A stretch of 64,000 nucleotides of DNA from Syntrophobacterales bacterium (lineage in GTDB: Bacteria; Desulfobacterota; Syntrophia; Syntrophales; UBA5619): NCBI GenBank assembly GCA_019429105.1, contig JAHYJE010000008.1, positions 2,931 through 66,930 of the forward strand, written 5' to 3'. The notes under the pieces were generated by a model. It worked only from the letters and a program-made list of their open reading frames with translations, was not told the origin of the DNA and did no database searches. The stretch's first letter is position 1. Every line of letters starts with the position of its first letter. A program made the translations under genes and the position numbers. Of the stretch, positions 31,405-41,250 are shown piece after piece.

Positions 31405-32916
31405 CTAACTATAAATTTCCCGAAGGGCTTTTTTCTGGATCTTGCCCATGGCGTTGCGTGGCAGGGCGTCGAGGAAATAGACGCGCTTGGGAACCTTGAA
31501 TCCGGCCAGCTCGCCCTTGAGGGACGCAATAATTCCCGCTTCGGTAAGCGCTAGTCCCGTTTCGTTGTTCTGGCGGATGACTACGGCGACTACGGCCTCC
31601 CCGAAATCGGCATGGGGCACGCCGATTACCGCCGATTCCGTCACCCCGGGGAGCATGTCGATCATCTCCTCGATCTCTTTCGGATAAATGTTGAGACCGC
31701 CGCTGATGACGAGGTCCTTGGCGCGACCGCTGATGGAGATGTAGCCGTCTTTGTCAATTTTCCCCAGATCGCCGGTTTTGAAGAAGCCGTCCGCGGTGAA
31801 TTCCTCTTTGGTCTTTTCCGGCATCTTCCAGTAGCCGAGAAAGATGCTTTTACCCTTCACCTGGATGCTGCCGACCTCGTCCGTTGCCACAGGCCGATTT
31901 TCTTCATCAACGATCCTGAGCGACACCTCCGGAAGCGGAAAGCCGACCGTACCTCCCCGTCGCTCGCCCTGGTAGGGATTGGAGGTAAACATGTTGCCCT
32001 CGGTCATGCCGTAGCGCTCGAGAATCGTCTGGCCGATTCTTTTCTGAAATTCCTGGAATGTTTCCAGTAAAAGCGGCGCCGAGCCGGAGATGAAAAGACG
32101 CATCCCGGAACACAGCTTGCGGGTAAAGCCGGGATCGGCCAGCAGGCGCGTGTAATAGGTCGGCACCCCCATGAATACCGTGGCCTTCGGCAGCAGCGTC
32201 AGGGCGCGCTTGACGTCAAATTTAGGTTCGAAAAAAATGGGGCTGCCGTTCAAAAGCGAGGTGTGGATCGCAACGAAGAGGCCGTGGACGTGGAATATCG
32301 GGAGCATGTGCAAAAGCGCGTCGCCCGGCTGGAAGCCCCAATATTTGTGCAGCACCTGGGCATTGATGGCGAGATTGCGGTGGGAGAGCATTGCTCCCTT
32401 GGAGCGCCCGGTGGTCCCGGAGGTGTAGAGAATGGCGGCCAGGTCGTCGCCGTCGCGGTGAATTGTTGAAAACTGATCGGGCGCGCCCGCCACCCGCATT
32501 GTCAAATCCCCACCGCCCTCGTCGTCGAGTTCAAGGACATGGCTTACCCCTGTCTTTTCGGCAAGTTCATTTGCCAACGCCCGGACCTGCGGCCGGCAGA
32601 CAAAGACGCGCGGCGTCGCATCCGTCAGGAAGTACTCGACTTCATGCCGTTGATAGGCATCGTTCATCGGCAGGTAAACGGCGCCTGCCCGCAGACAGCC
32701 CAGATAGAGGAACAGTGCCTGGGGCGATTTTCGGACCTGCACGGCCACGCGGTCGCCCGGTTTTACCCCCAGTGAAACAAGCAGATTGGCACAGCGGGCC
32801 GATTCCTCGCGGAGCCTTCCATAGCTGATTTCCGAGCCGTCCGGCAGAATCAGACACGGGGCGGCGGGGTTCTTTGGAAAGCGGGCCTGCAGAATTTCGT
32901 ACATGTTTTCATTCAT
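31405..32916 (-). CDS. AMP-forming acyl-CoA ligase, malonyl-CoA synthetase (MatB)-like
   Basis: The N-terminal third reads like rhizobial MatB (GVKPGDRVAVQVRKSPQALFLYLGCLRAGAVYLPMNDAY). AMP box ILYTSGTTGRSKG, also YGMTE, GDLG..D.DGY, ISGG.NIYPKEIE. Confidence 0.8.
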   Translation of the reverse strand: MNENMYEILQARFPKNPAAPCLILPDGSEISYGRLREESARCANLLVSLGVKPGDRVAVQVRKSPQALFLYLGCLRAGAVYLPMNDAYQRHEVEYFLTDATPRVFVCRPQVRALANELAEKTGVSHVLELDDEGGGDLTMRVAGAPDQFSTIHRDGDDLAAILYTSGTTGRSKGAMLSHRNLAINAQVLHKYWGFQPGDALLHMLPIFHVHGLFVAIHTSLLNGSPIFFEPKFDVKRALTLLPKATVFMGVPTYYTRLLADPGFTRKLCSGMRLFISGSAPLLLETFQEFQKRIGQTILERYGMTEGNMFTSNPYQGERRGGTVGFPLPEVSLRIVDEENRPVATDEVGSIQVKGKSIFLGYWKMPEKTKEEFTADGFFKTGDLGKIDKDGYISISGRAKDLVISGGLNIYPKEIEEMIDMLPGVTESAVIGVPHADFGEAVVAVVIRQNNETGLALTEAGIIASLKGELAGFKVPKRVYFLDALPRNAMGKIQKKALREIYS

Positions 32917-32945
32917 AAATCATCTTCTCCCGGTTGTGAAAAAAA

Positions 32946-34268
32946 TTAATTGATCATCATGCCGGGAAGCCAAGTGGCGAGCTGCGGGAAAAAGCAAAGA
33001 ATCAGCATTCCCAGAAAAAGCAGCAGAATAAAGGGTACTGACCCCCACAAAATGGTGTTGAGCGGGATGTTCGGCACAATCCCCTTGACAACGTAAAGAT
33101 TCAGTCCGACCGGCGGCGTAATCAGCCCTGCCTCGAGATTCAACGTCATCAGCACTCCAAACCAGACGGGGTCAAAGCCCAGAGCCTTCACAATGGGGTG
33201 AATGATGGGAGAGACGATGAGGATGATCGCCACCGGCGGAAGAAAACAGCCCAGCACAAGCAGCAGGATGTTGATCATGAACATGGTAATCCAGCGGCTT
33301 ACCTGCATGTCCATAATCATGTGGGTCAATGTCTGGGCGATGAAAAGGTTTGTAAGGACGGCGCCGAAAAGAAAAGAGGTGGCGATGATCATCATGATCA
33401 TTGTACTTTCGCTGGTCGTTTTCAGCAGTATTTCCAGGATGTCCTGCGGACGGTACATTTTGTAGAAGATAATGGCGATGATGAGTATCAAAAAGGCGCC
33501 CACGGCGGCCGCCTCGCTGGGAGTGGCCCAGCCGGTGTAAAGGGAGCCCAGCACCATTAAAACTACCACGATAAAGGGCAGCACTTTTAACGTAGAGGAA
33601 AATTTCTGCGCTAATGTGTAGATTTCCCCTTTTTGCAGGGGAAAAGCGGCTACATCTTTTCTTCTGCCCAGCGTGTATCCAATGGGCACCCAGGCTGCAA
33701 ACAATAAAGCAACAAGGAGGCCGGGAAAAATCCCCGCCATGAACAGTTTGCCGATGGATGTTTCCGTTGCTATTCCATAGATGATCATGGTGACGCTCGG
33801 CGGAATAAGTATGCCCAGTGTTCCTCCGGCGGTAATGATCCCCGTGGCCAGACCGTCCGGGTAGCCGCGTTTGCGCATTTCGGGAATTCCCATAGTGCCG
33901 ATCGCTGCCGCCGTCGCCGGGCTCGAGCCGGTAAGCGCCGCAAAAACGGCGCATCCGGCGATGTTGCCGATTCCCAAACCGCCGGGAATCTTGTACAGCC
34001 AGCGATGAAAGCACTCGTAAAGGTCTCCGCCGGCGCGGGAGATGGCGACAATCATCCCCATGAAAAGAAAGAGCGGGATGGAAAGAAGACTGAAGTCGTT
34101 TACCCCCTCATAGATGGTTTCGGCCATCATCGAGATTTGATAGACATCCATGAAAAGGAAAATGGCGATCAGGGATGTGACTCCCAGCGCAAAAGCAATA
34201 GGCATTCCACTGAAAAGAAATACCAAGGCAGTAAAGGTAACGATACCCCCTGTCCAGAGTGGATTCAT
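32946..34268 (-). CDS. dctM: TRAP transporter large permease subunit
   Basis: Polytopic 440-aa protein typical of DctM (GMPIAFALG..., GIPEMRKRGY, GTLGILIPPS). ATG at 34266-34268 preceded by GGGAGAG. The 42-codon track extension (MNIKLRFPAQNRCGND...) lies in MITE copy B. Confidence 0.9.
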   Translation of the reverse strand: MNPLWTGGIVTFTALVFLFSGMPIAFALGVTSLIAIFLFMDVYQISMMAETIYEGVNDFSLLSIPLFLFMGMIVAISRAGGDLYECFHRWLYKIPGGLGIGNIAGCAVFAALTGSSPATAAAIGTMGIPEMRKRGYPDGLATGIITAGGTLGILIPPSVTMIIYGIATETSIGKLFMAGIFPGLLVALLFAAWVPIGYTLGRRKDVAAFPLQKGEIYTLAQKFSSTLKVLPFIVVVLMVLGSLYTGWATPSEAAAVGAFLILIIAIIFYKMYRPQDILEILLKTTSESTMIMMIIATSFLFGAVLTNLFIAQTLTHMIMDMQVSRWITMFMINILLLVLGCFLPPVAIILIVSPIIHPIVKALGFDPVWFGVLMTLNLEAGLITPPVGLNLYVVKGIVPNIPLNTILWGSVPFILLLFLGMLILCFFPQLATWLPGMMIN

Positions 34269-34319
34269 GATTAACTCTCCCGGTATAATGGCCGCTGCCG
34301 TTCTTTTATGCAAACAAAG

Positions 34320-34494
34320 GAGGCAATTGCAAAACTCCCCATTCTTGTCATTCCCGCAACGATTCTGAGCGGGAAAACGAAGTTTAATGTTCATAATCTG
34401 GTTCTAACTGCTTGAAAAAACGATATTCCCGATAGAGACATTATGGACATTAAGCTGCGCTTTCGGGAATGACAAATGGTTTTGCAATTGGCTC
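34320..34494 (+). mobile_element. MITE-like element, copy B (175 bp)
   Basis: Same terminal inverted repeats as copy A, flanked by AAAG/AAAG. Lies between dctQ (stop 34524) and dctM (start 34268). Confidence 0.85.
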
Positions 34495-34523
34495 AAAGTT
34501 ATAATTTTGCCCCTGCGCCGCTC

Positions 34524-35024
34524 TTACGTGTGCCGCTTTTTTACAAGTTCCATGATTTTTATCACATACTGCAGAGAGGTCAGAATCATACCCACCGGAA
34601 TAATTGCGTAGGGATAAATGAGAGGGGTTGATAAAAGGGAAGAGGAAAGCCAGTTCCCTTCCCAAGCTTCCCACCACATGACGCAGCCTCGCCATGACAG
34701 TACAATGCAAAATAGCATCGCAATAAACGAGGTCGCTATGTCCAGTCTGCGGCGAAGTCGAAAAGGGAGCTTATATACGACCATGTCTATATTTATGTGG
34801 GCATGGTGCTTGAGCCCGTAGGGCGCGCCCAGAAAGGTGGCGGCGATCAGCAGGTAAACGGCGATCTCCACCTGCCAGATGGTTGCCGCATTCCAGACAT
34901 AGCGAACCACTACCTGCTCGACAATAATGAGGGTCGCGGCCAGGATGGCAAAGCCGCTCAGATATCCCGATATCTCCGAGAGGCCGCCAATTATCCGGAG
35001 AGCCCTATTTTTGACTGGAGCCAT
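34524..35024 (-). CDS. dctQ: TRAP transporter small permease subunit
   Basis: 166 aa with four hydrophobic helices, located between the dctP and dctM homologues. Confidence 0.8.
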   Translation of the reverse strand: MAPVKNRALRIIGGLSEISGYLSGFAILAATLIIVEQVVVRYVWNAATIWQVEIAVYLLIAATFLGAPYGLKHHAHINIDMVVYKLPFRLRRRLDIATSFIAMLFCIVLSWRGCVMWWEAWEGNWLSSSLLSTPLIYPYAIIPVGMILTSLQYVIKIMELVKKRHT

Positions 35025-35048
35025 CTTGCACCTCTTCCCTTAGGTTTC

Positions 35049-36053
35049 CTATGGTTTTGTTGCCAAATCCAGGAGCTCTTTGCCGCGCGGCACCTTTTCG
35101 GCAAATTGCTTCCAGGCCGTCTCTTCGGCCACCTTTTTCCAGGCCTGCCATTCATCCTTGGTCATCGCATGGACCTTGACTTTATTGGCAGTGAACACCT
35201 TTCCAACCTCTTTATTGGCGGCTACAGCGTCATCCCGGGCCTTCTTTTCCATTTCCACCCCCACCTTAAGGACGGCCTTTTGTTGAGACGGGGTCAGGGA
35301 TGCCCAGGTTTTGGCGCTTATTACCAGTGGTTCTGCCATGTACCAGATGGCGTAGGTTTCCGGGGTGTTGAAATAGTCCAATTGTTCATAAAGGCGGTAG
35401 GAAATAAACGATTCCGCCGAGGTAAGGCAGGCATCCAGCACCTTTGTCTGAAGGGCCGTGTAAATCTCGGAGGAAGGCATGCTGGTTATCGAGGCCTTCC
35501 GGGTGTTCAGCAGGTGCTCAAAGAACTTGCCGGCGGCCCGGAATTTCAGCCCTTTGGCGTCCTGGGGCAGGATAACCGGTTTGCCGCGGCTGCCGATTCC
35601 CCCGCCATACCACAGCCAGGTAATGATCTTCATCCCCTTGTCTTCGGATATTTTGGCGACCCTTTTCCCGATCTCCCTGTCTTTCCAGGCCATCCCTTCA
35701 TCCACATCCTTGATGATGCACGGCATGAGGGTGATTTCGAGTTCGGGGATTTTCCCCGAGGCGTAGGCCAAGGGAAAAATCGAAAAATCAAGCGCGCCTT
35801 TGGCCATGGCATCGTACTGGGCCGTCGCCTTGAAAAGCGCGGAGGAGGGGAAAATCTTGAAGGTAAGCTCTCCGTTGGTCGCTTTTTCCACCCCCTTGGC
35901 AAACTCGACGGCCAGGGCGTTGCGGGCGTCTGCTTCGGTGAATTGGTGGGAAATTTTCAGTTCTCGGGCCTCAACTGCACTTACAGTAAAGATTGTGCAC
36001 CAGAACAACCCGACCAACAAGGCGCTGAAAACACGTTTTCCGAAATGGTTCAT
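35049..36053 (-). CDS. dctP: TRAP transporter substrate-binding protein
   Basis: Signal peptide MNHFGKRVFSALLVGLFWCTIFTVSAVEA, then a DctP-like body (LKISHQF.E...). ATG at 36051-36053 preceded by AAAGGAGGAG. Confidence 0.88.
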   Translation of the reverse strand: MNHFGKRVFSALLVGLFWCTIFTVSAVEARELKISHQFTEADARNALAVEFAKGVEKATNGELTFKIFPSSALFKATAQYDAMAKGALDFSIFPLAYASGKIPELEITLMPCIIKDVDEGMAWKDREIGKRVAKISEDKGMKIITWLWYGGGIGSRGKPVILPQDAKGLKFRAAGKFFEHLLNTRKASITSMPSSEIYTALQTKVLDACLTSAESFISYRLYEQLDYFNTPETYAIWYMAEPLVISAKTWASLTPSQQKAVLKVGVEMEKKARDDAVAANKEVGKVFTANKVKVHAMTKDEWQAWKKVAEETAWKQFAEKVPRGKELLDLATKP

Positions 36054-36211
36054 ATCGCTCCTCCTTTTATTGTTGGAGATCTTGAAAGTATTGAAACATT
36101 TTCCGCTTTTTCCCGGGCGCCGCCCCCGGAGCAAACAATCAGGCAAAACCAGAGTTATCCGGTCAGATATAAAACGCTCCCTCTCCCCGGATCGAGGAGA
36201 TAGAAAACACT

Positions 36212-36232
36212 CCCTCTCCCCCCGGGAGAGGG
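36212..36232. repeat. REP-like GC-rich palindrome
   Basis: CCCTCTCCC-ccc-GGGAGAGGG followed by TTGGGGTGAGGG. A half copy, CTCCCTCTCCCC, lies at about 36176-36188. Confidence 0.4.
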
Positions 36233-36446
36233 TTGGGGTGAGGGCAAAACGGTCCCTGCAATTCCCTAACCGGACAACACTGATTTTTTATATTAAGGCA
36301 TGATAATCTTCGCTGCCCTTATAAAACGTCAGAGTCCATCCGTCTATCAGGAAAGCTTGATATTTTTGTGCTACATCCTTGAGAAACTCACATTGATGAT
36401 TGTTGCTTGGCGAAGCGGCGGCAGTGTCTTGAAGGGGCTTTCTGCG

Positions 36447-37097
36447 TTAGATGGAGGTCAGCCCATGCTGGATGGCGAATTTGACAAGGCCCGGCAGGTC
36501 TTTTATCCCGAGCTTCTTCATCAGATGACTGCGGTACGTCTCCACGGTTTTCGGGGACAAAAAAAGAATTTCCGCAATCTTGTTGTTAGGGTTTCCTTCC
36601 ACCAGCAGTTGGAGAATCGCCCGTTCGCGGGGGCTCAATCTGTCCAGGGGGCTCTTCGCTTCGGCAATTTCCCGCGACCGGAGGTAATCGGTAATGATCG
36701 TGTCGGACAGAGACGGGCAAAGGTAGGATTTTCCCGAATTAACGGAGATAATCGCCTGGATCACATCGGCGCCCGCCGATTCCTTCAGGAGATAACCCTT
36801 CGCCCCGGCCTTGAAGGCTCGGAAAATATGTTCCGCGGTGGAATACATCGACAACATGATAATGTTGGTTGCAGGACACGCCTCTTTGATCTGGGCCGTT
36901 GCCTCGATGCCGTTGAGAATCGGCATGGCGATGTCCATAAGCACTATGTTCGGACACAGGGACGCAACCTGACGGACGGTCTCCCGTCCGTCGCCCGCTT
37001 CGCCAACGACGCTGATTTTCGGGTTGGTATCCAGCAATAAGCGAAGTCCTTCCCGGAACATGGCGTGATCGTCCGCCAAAAAAACCGTGATGATCAT
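36447..37097 (-). CDS. NarL/FixJ (LuxR)-family response regulator
   Basis: REC domain (VFLADDHAMFREG...VLMDIAMP) plus LuxR HTH (LSPRERAILQLLVEGNPNNKIAEILFLSPKTVETYRSHLMKKLG). Confidence 0.9.
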   Translation of the reverse strand: MIITVFLADDHAMFREGLRLLLDTNPKISVVGEAGDGRETVRQVASLCPNIVLMDIAMPILNGIEATAQIKEACPATNIIMLSMYSTAEHIFRAFKAGAKGYLLKESAGADVIQAIISVNSGKSYLCPSLSDTIITDYLRSREIAEAKSPLDRLSPRERAILQLLVEGNPNNKIAEILFLSPKTVETYRSHLMKKLGIKDLPGLVKFAIQHGLTSI

Positions 37098-39298
37098 AAC
37101 GGCACCTCTACCGATACACGGGTCCCTTTGCCCTGAACCGAAGTTATGTCTCCCGCCCCACCCACCGCGATTGCCCGCTCAACCATCGTGCTGAGCCCCC
37201 ATCCCCAGTGTTCGCTGCGTTTTTCACGCTCCTGTTGTTTGTACCCGACGCCGTTGTCGGCTACGGTAATGTGCAAATGATTTTCCCCGACGGTGATGGT
37301 TATGACCGCTTCCGTTGCCTGCGCATGTTTGATTACGTTGGTCAATGCCTCCTGAACAATGCGGAACATCGCATTTTCAATATGCTGGGAAAGGCGGGGG
37401 ATCGCATCATTGATCTGGACAACCACCCGGATGTCGGCCCGGGAGGCGCATTGCTCGCCGTACAGGCGGATCGCGGCCTCCAGTCCATAATCGTCGAGGA
37501 CGGGCGAGCGCAGCTCCTCCATCAAATTGCGGATGCTGTCCGTGGTCTGTTTGACGATTGTCAGCGAGTCGGTTATTCGCGAATGAAGCTGTTCCGAATA
37601 TTTTTCCGGAAGCAGGGTCTTGAGCATATTGATGTTCATCCCCAGAATCGCCAGGTTCTGCCCTATCCGGTCATGCAGCTCGCGGGAGATGATTTTCCGG
37701 TTATTTTCCTCAAGTTCCGCCATCTCCCAGGTTAGCTCGCGGAGCTGGGCGTTTTTTTGCCGTATCTTCTCTACCGCCCGCTTGCGTTCCGTGACGTCAT
37801 TGAGAACCGTTATCTCGCCTTCCTTGATGAAGATCGTGCGAAATTCGATTTCCCTTGCCTGTCCGTCCTTGCAGGCGACGGTGAATTCCGCATCGCCTCT
37901 GCGTCCAGGGGAGTTCTTTTTTTCTCTCCAGAAAGCCCTTACTTTTTTCAGGTAATCACTGTCCGGAAATGCCTGTTTCTGCCACTCCCGGACGACGGCA
38001 AAATCCTCGGCGGTATAACCGATGATGTCGGTGACCGCCGGATTCAAATACTGGAAGGCGCCCTGCCGGTCGATCAGGACGATGCCGCTGGGGTCGTTTT
38101 CAAGGATCGTGGAGAGGATGTTCCGTTCCTTTTCCAGCTCTCGGTCCGTCCGTTTGTGCTCCAGCAGTTCGTGCTGAAGGCTGGACAATGTTTCGCGCAA
38201 CTGCTTGGCCATACGGGAAAAGCTGTCTGCCAGCGTGCCGATTTCGTCGCCCCGGGTCCTGACTGCTGAGAGTCGCAAGCGTACTGACTCAAGATCGCTG
38301 TCGCTGAAATTGCCGAACGTCAGATCCGTAACGGCCTCGGTGAGGACGTCAATCGGGAGCAGCGCCCACCTTATTGCCCACCAGGAGGCGACAACGAGGA
38401 TGAGAAGCGCCCCGCAGATGATTGTCAACGTCATGTTCCGGAAGAAAATTATGTTGGAGAGCACTTCCGCTTTTTGCTGCTGCACAACTACTCCCCAGCC
38501 ATTGTTAAGCAGATCGATCTGGGCGAACCATTCTTTGCCATCCTCTGCGCGGAAGGTGATCAACCCTTTCTCCCCGCGTCTGAGCGCCGTGATCGGCGAG
38601 GACGAACTCAGATCCCGGAAACTGTCGAAGAAGGCCGGATCGGGATGGGCGATCACCAGATTCCGGTTATCGACCAGATAGGCCGAGCCCGTTTTTCCGA
38701 GGCGGGGGACCTGCACCTGCCGGCTGAGATTGTCCAGATCCATTGCAAACATGCCGACCCCGACGATGCTTGCCGCACCGTTTTTGATCGGCATCGACAC
38801 TACCAGCCCGGGCCGGTTGATGGTTCGGCTGATTACGCTTTCAAAGGTCACCGGTGCCCCCTTCCTGGCCTGCTGGAACCAGGAGCGGTCGCGATAGTCG
38901 ATCGGTCTCTTGTCATCGCTGCGGGCGATATTCATGCCGCGCAGGTCGGTTGTGCTCAAAAGATACATATAAGGATAGGCGGCGGCCATCTTTTTCAGCA
39001 GCAGCTTTTGCCGGGTCGGGTTCATCCCGATCATGTCATTTTGGGAGATGAAGTACTGGAAGGTTTTTATCTGGGTATCCAGCCATAAAGATACCGAGAG
39101 GCCCAACTGGCGATTGGCATTGAGCAATTGCGTCTGGGCGTTTTGCTCCATGATGGACAGGGCGCGGCTGCTGATAAAAATCGCCGAGGTGACGAGAATC
39201 AGGACGGCGATTGCCAGCACCATGATGATCAGGCGGGTTTTGAGCCCCGCCTGACGGGAAATTTTGCCGAATGCCTTACGCCGTAAGCCTGAGATCAT
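37094..39298 (-). CDS. sensor histidine kinase (Cache-like periplasmic domain, HAMP, PAS, HisKA_3, HATPase_c)
   Basis: 734 aa. TM, then a roughly 250-aa extracytoplasmic domain, a second TM, then a PAS-like block (ILENDPSGIVLIDRQG...). H-box ISRELHDRIGQNLAIL. GWGLSTMVERA. 4-nt overlap with the regulator gene. Confidence 0.88.
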   Translation of the reverse strand: MISGLRRKAFGKISRQAGLKTRLIIMVLAIAVLILVTSAIFISSRALSIMEQNAQTQLLNANRQLGLSVSLWLDTQIKTFQYFISQNDMIGMNPTRQKLLLKKMAAAYPYMYLLSTTDLRGMNIARSDDKRPIDYRDRSWFQQARKGAPVTFESVISRTINRPGLVVSMPIKNGAASIVGVGMFAMDLDNLSRQVQVPRLGKTGSAYLVDNRNLVIAHPDPAFFDSFRDLSSSSPITALRRGEKGLITFRAEDGKEWFAQIDLLNNGWGVVVQQQKAEVLSNIIFFRNMTLTIICGALLILVVASWWAIRWALLPIDVLTEAVTDLTFGNFSDSDLESVRLRLSAVRTRGDEIGTLADSFSRMAKQLRETLSSLQHELLEHKRTDRELEKERNILSTILENDPSGIVLIDRQGAFQYLNPAVTDIIGYTAEDFAVVREWQKQAFPDSDYLKKVRAFWREKKNSPGRRGDAEFTVACKDGQAREIEFRTIFIKEGEITVLNDVTERKRAVEKIRQKNAQLRELTWEMAELEENNRKIISRELHDRIGQNLAILGMNINMLKTLLPEKYSEQLHSRITDSLTIVKQTTDSIRNLMEELRSPVLDDYGLEAAIRLYGEQCASRADIRVVVQINDAIPRLSQHIENAMFRIVQEALTNVIKHAQATEAVITITVGENHLHITVADNGVGYKQQEREKRSEHWGWGLSTMVERAIAVGGAGDITSVQGKGTRVSVEVPL

Positions 39299-39362
39299 CC
39301 CTGCCTCCTTGGAAATTGCGAAGAAGGATATTTGTAACTATTCAGCGTACCCATCAAGTGAT

Positions 39363-39457
39363 GTTATTCCCGAATGCTTCTATCGGGGATCCATGGTTTT
39401 TCAAGACATGAAAGCTGGATTCCCGATTACTAATTTCGGGAATGACAGTCTTTTTAA
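39363..39457 (-). repeat. degenerate internal fragment of the MITE-like element (no terminal repeats)
   Basis: TTATTCCCGAATGCTTCTATCGGGGAT..GGTTTTTCAAG...TTCCCGATTACTAATTTCGGGAATGACAG parallels the interior of copy D (41821-41946). Confidence 0.55.
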
Positions 39458-39485
39458 AGCGCTGAATAGTCAAGGTTATTCTTTG

Positions 39486-41039
39486 TTAAACCGGAATGTT
39501 GCCGTGCTTTTTGTATGGTCGCAATTCCTTCTTGGAACTCAGCATATCAAACGCCCGGATAAGCGTCGGGCGAGTTTCGCGGGGGGCGATGATCGCATCG
39601 ACGTAGCCCCGTTCGGCCGCGATATAGGGGTTGGAAAAGAGATCACGGTACTCCTGTATCTTTTCCGCCTTTTTCGCCGCCGGGTCTTCGGCGGAATTGA
39701 TCTCCTTGCGGAAAATGATGTTCGCCGCCCCTTCCGCGCCCATGACTGCGATCTCCGCCGTCGGCCAGGCAATGACGAAGTCGGCGCCGAGGTCCTTGCT
39801 GCACATCGCCAGATACGAGCCGCCGTAATCCTTCCGGGTGATCAGCGTGATCTTCGGCACGGTGGCTTCGGAGTAGCACCACAGAAGCTTCGCGCCGTGG
39901 CGGATGATTCCCTTCCACTCCTGGTCGCTTCCCGGCAGGTAGCCGGGGACGTCGGCGATCGTCAGAAGCGGGATATTGAAGGCGTCGCAAAACCGGATGA
40001 ACCGGGTTGCCTTGTCGGAGGCGTCCACATCGAGACAGCCGGCAAGGTATTTCGGCTGATTGGCAATTATGCCGATCGCCCGCCCGCCCATCCGGGCGAA
40101 GGCGATGATGATGTTGCGGGCGTAGTACTGGTGCGGCTCAATGATTTCGCCGTTATCGACGATCGCGCGGATTACGCCCTTCATATCGTACATCCGGCGC
40201 GGGTTCTCCGGGACGATGCCATCGAGGGCCTCATCCATTCGGTCCGACGGATCCGGCGTTTCGATAAAAGGCGCGGTCTCGGTATTGTTGGAGGGAAGAT
40301 AGCTCAGCAGTTTTCGGATTTCCCGGAGCGCCTCCGCGTCGCTCTCGCAGGCAAAGTGGGCGACCCCGCTTTTGGCGTTATGGGTCATCGCGCCGCCGAG
40401 GCTCTCAAAATCGATCTTTTCCCCGGTTACCTCCTTGATCACCTCGGGGCCGGTGATGAACATATAGGAGGTTTTTTTGGTCATGAATATCCAGTCGGTC
40501 ATAGCCGGCGAATAGACCGCACCGCCGGCCGTCGGCCCCATGATCGCCGAGATCTGCGGGATTACCCCGGAGGCGCTGGAATTGCGAAAAAAGATGTTTC
40601 CGTACCCGGAGAGGGCATCCACTCCCTCCTGAATGCGTGCCCCGCCGGAGTCGTTGATGCCGACCAGGGGCGCTCCGGTTTTCAGCGCCGCGTCCATGAC
40701 CTTGCAGATCTTTTTTGCATGCATTTCGCCCAGACTGCCGGCCCGGGAGGTGAAGTCCTGCGAATAGGCAAAGACGGTGCGGCCTTCGACCTTGCCGAAG
40801 CCGGTGATCACCCCTTCGGCTGGTATTTCGACGTTTGCCATGCCGAAACTGCCGCCGCGATGGCGGACAAACAGATCCAGCTCCTGGAACGTTCCGGGAT
40901 CAAAAAGCAGGTCGAGTCGTTCGCGGGCGGTCAGCTTCCCCGACTCGTGCTGTTTTTTGATCCCATTTTCTCCGCCCATGGCCTCGGCCTTGGCTTTTCT
41001 GGCCTCCAGATCCCTAAGTTTCAACGGCTTTTCGCTCAT
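39486..41039 (-). CDS. acyl-CoA carboxyltransferase (methylmalonyl-CoA carboxyltransferase / propionyl-CoA carboxylase beta family)
   Basis: GKLTARERLDLLFDPGTFQELD, NDSGGARIQEG, GPTAGGAVYSPA, IIANQP..LAGCLD, RFCDAFNIPLLT. ATG at 41037-41039 preceded by AGGAGAG. The track extension lies in MITE copy C. Confidence 0.9.
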   Translation of the reverse strand: MSEKPLKLRDLEARKAKAEAMGGENGIKKQHESGKLTARERLDLLFDPGTFQELDLFVRHRGGSFGMANVEIPAEGVITGFGKVEGRTVFAYSQDFTSRAGSLGEMHAKKICKVMDAALKTGAPLVGINDSGGARIQEGVDALSGYGNIFFRNSSASGVIPQISAIMGPTAGGAVYSPAMTDWIFMTKKTSYMFITGPEVIKEVTGEKIDFESLGGAMTHNAKSGVAHFACESDAEALREIRKLLSYLPSNNTETAPFIETPDPSDRMDEALDGIVPENPRRMYDMKGVIRAIVDNGEIIEPHQYYARNIIIAFARMGGRAIGIIANQPKYLAGCLDVDASDKATRFIRFCDAFNIPLLTIADVPGYLPGSDQEWKGIIRHGAKLLWCYSEATVPKITLITRKDYGGSYLAMCSKDLGADFVIAWPTAEIAVMGAEGAANIIFRKEINSAEDPAAKKAEKIQEYRDLFSNPYIAAERGYVDAIIAPRETRPTLIRAFDMLSSKKELRPYKKHGNIPV

Positions 41040-41073
41040 TTTTTTCTCTCCTGATTTTAATGTGAACTCAATA

Positions 41074-41246
41074 GAGGCAATTGCAAAACTCCCCATTCTG
41101 TCATTCCCGCAACGATTCTGAGCGGGAAAACGAAGTTTAATGTTCATAATCTGGTTCTAACTGCTTGAAAAACCATATTCCCGATAGAGACATTATGGAC
41201 ATTAAGCTGCGCTTTCGGGAATGACAAATGGTTTTGCAATTACCTC
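41074..41246 (+). mobile_element. MITE-like element, copy C (173 bp)
   Basis: Terminal inverted repeats as in A and B (right end GCAATTACCTC), flanked by AATA/AATA. Lies between the epimerase stop (41251) and the carboxyltransferase start (41039). Confidence 0.85.
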
Positions 41247-41250
41247 AATA

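Noticed and set aside
34269-34394. 42-codon N-terminal extension of the dctM ORF (MNIKLRFPAQNRCGNDKNGEFCNC...)
   Set aside because: The extension lies inside MITE copy B. The same peptide prefix appears on the unrelated carboxyltransferase ORF. A good RBS (GGGAGAG) and a typical DctM N-terminus begin at 34268.
41040-41147. 36-codon N-terminal extension of the carboxyltransferase ORF (MNIKLRFPAQNRCGNDRMGSF...)
   Set aside because: It is encoded by MITE copy C. AGGAGAG plus the ATG at 41039 gives the conserved MSEKPL... start.
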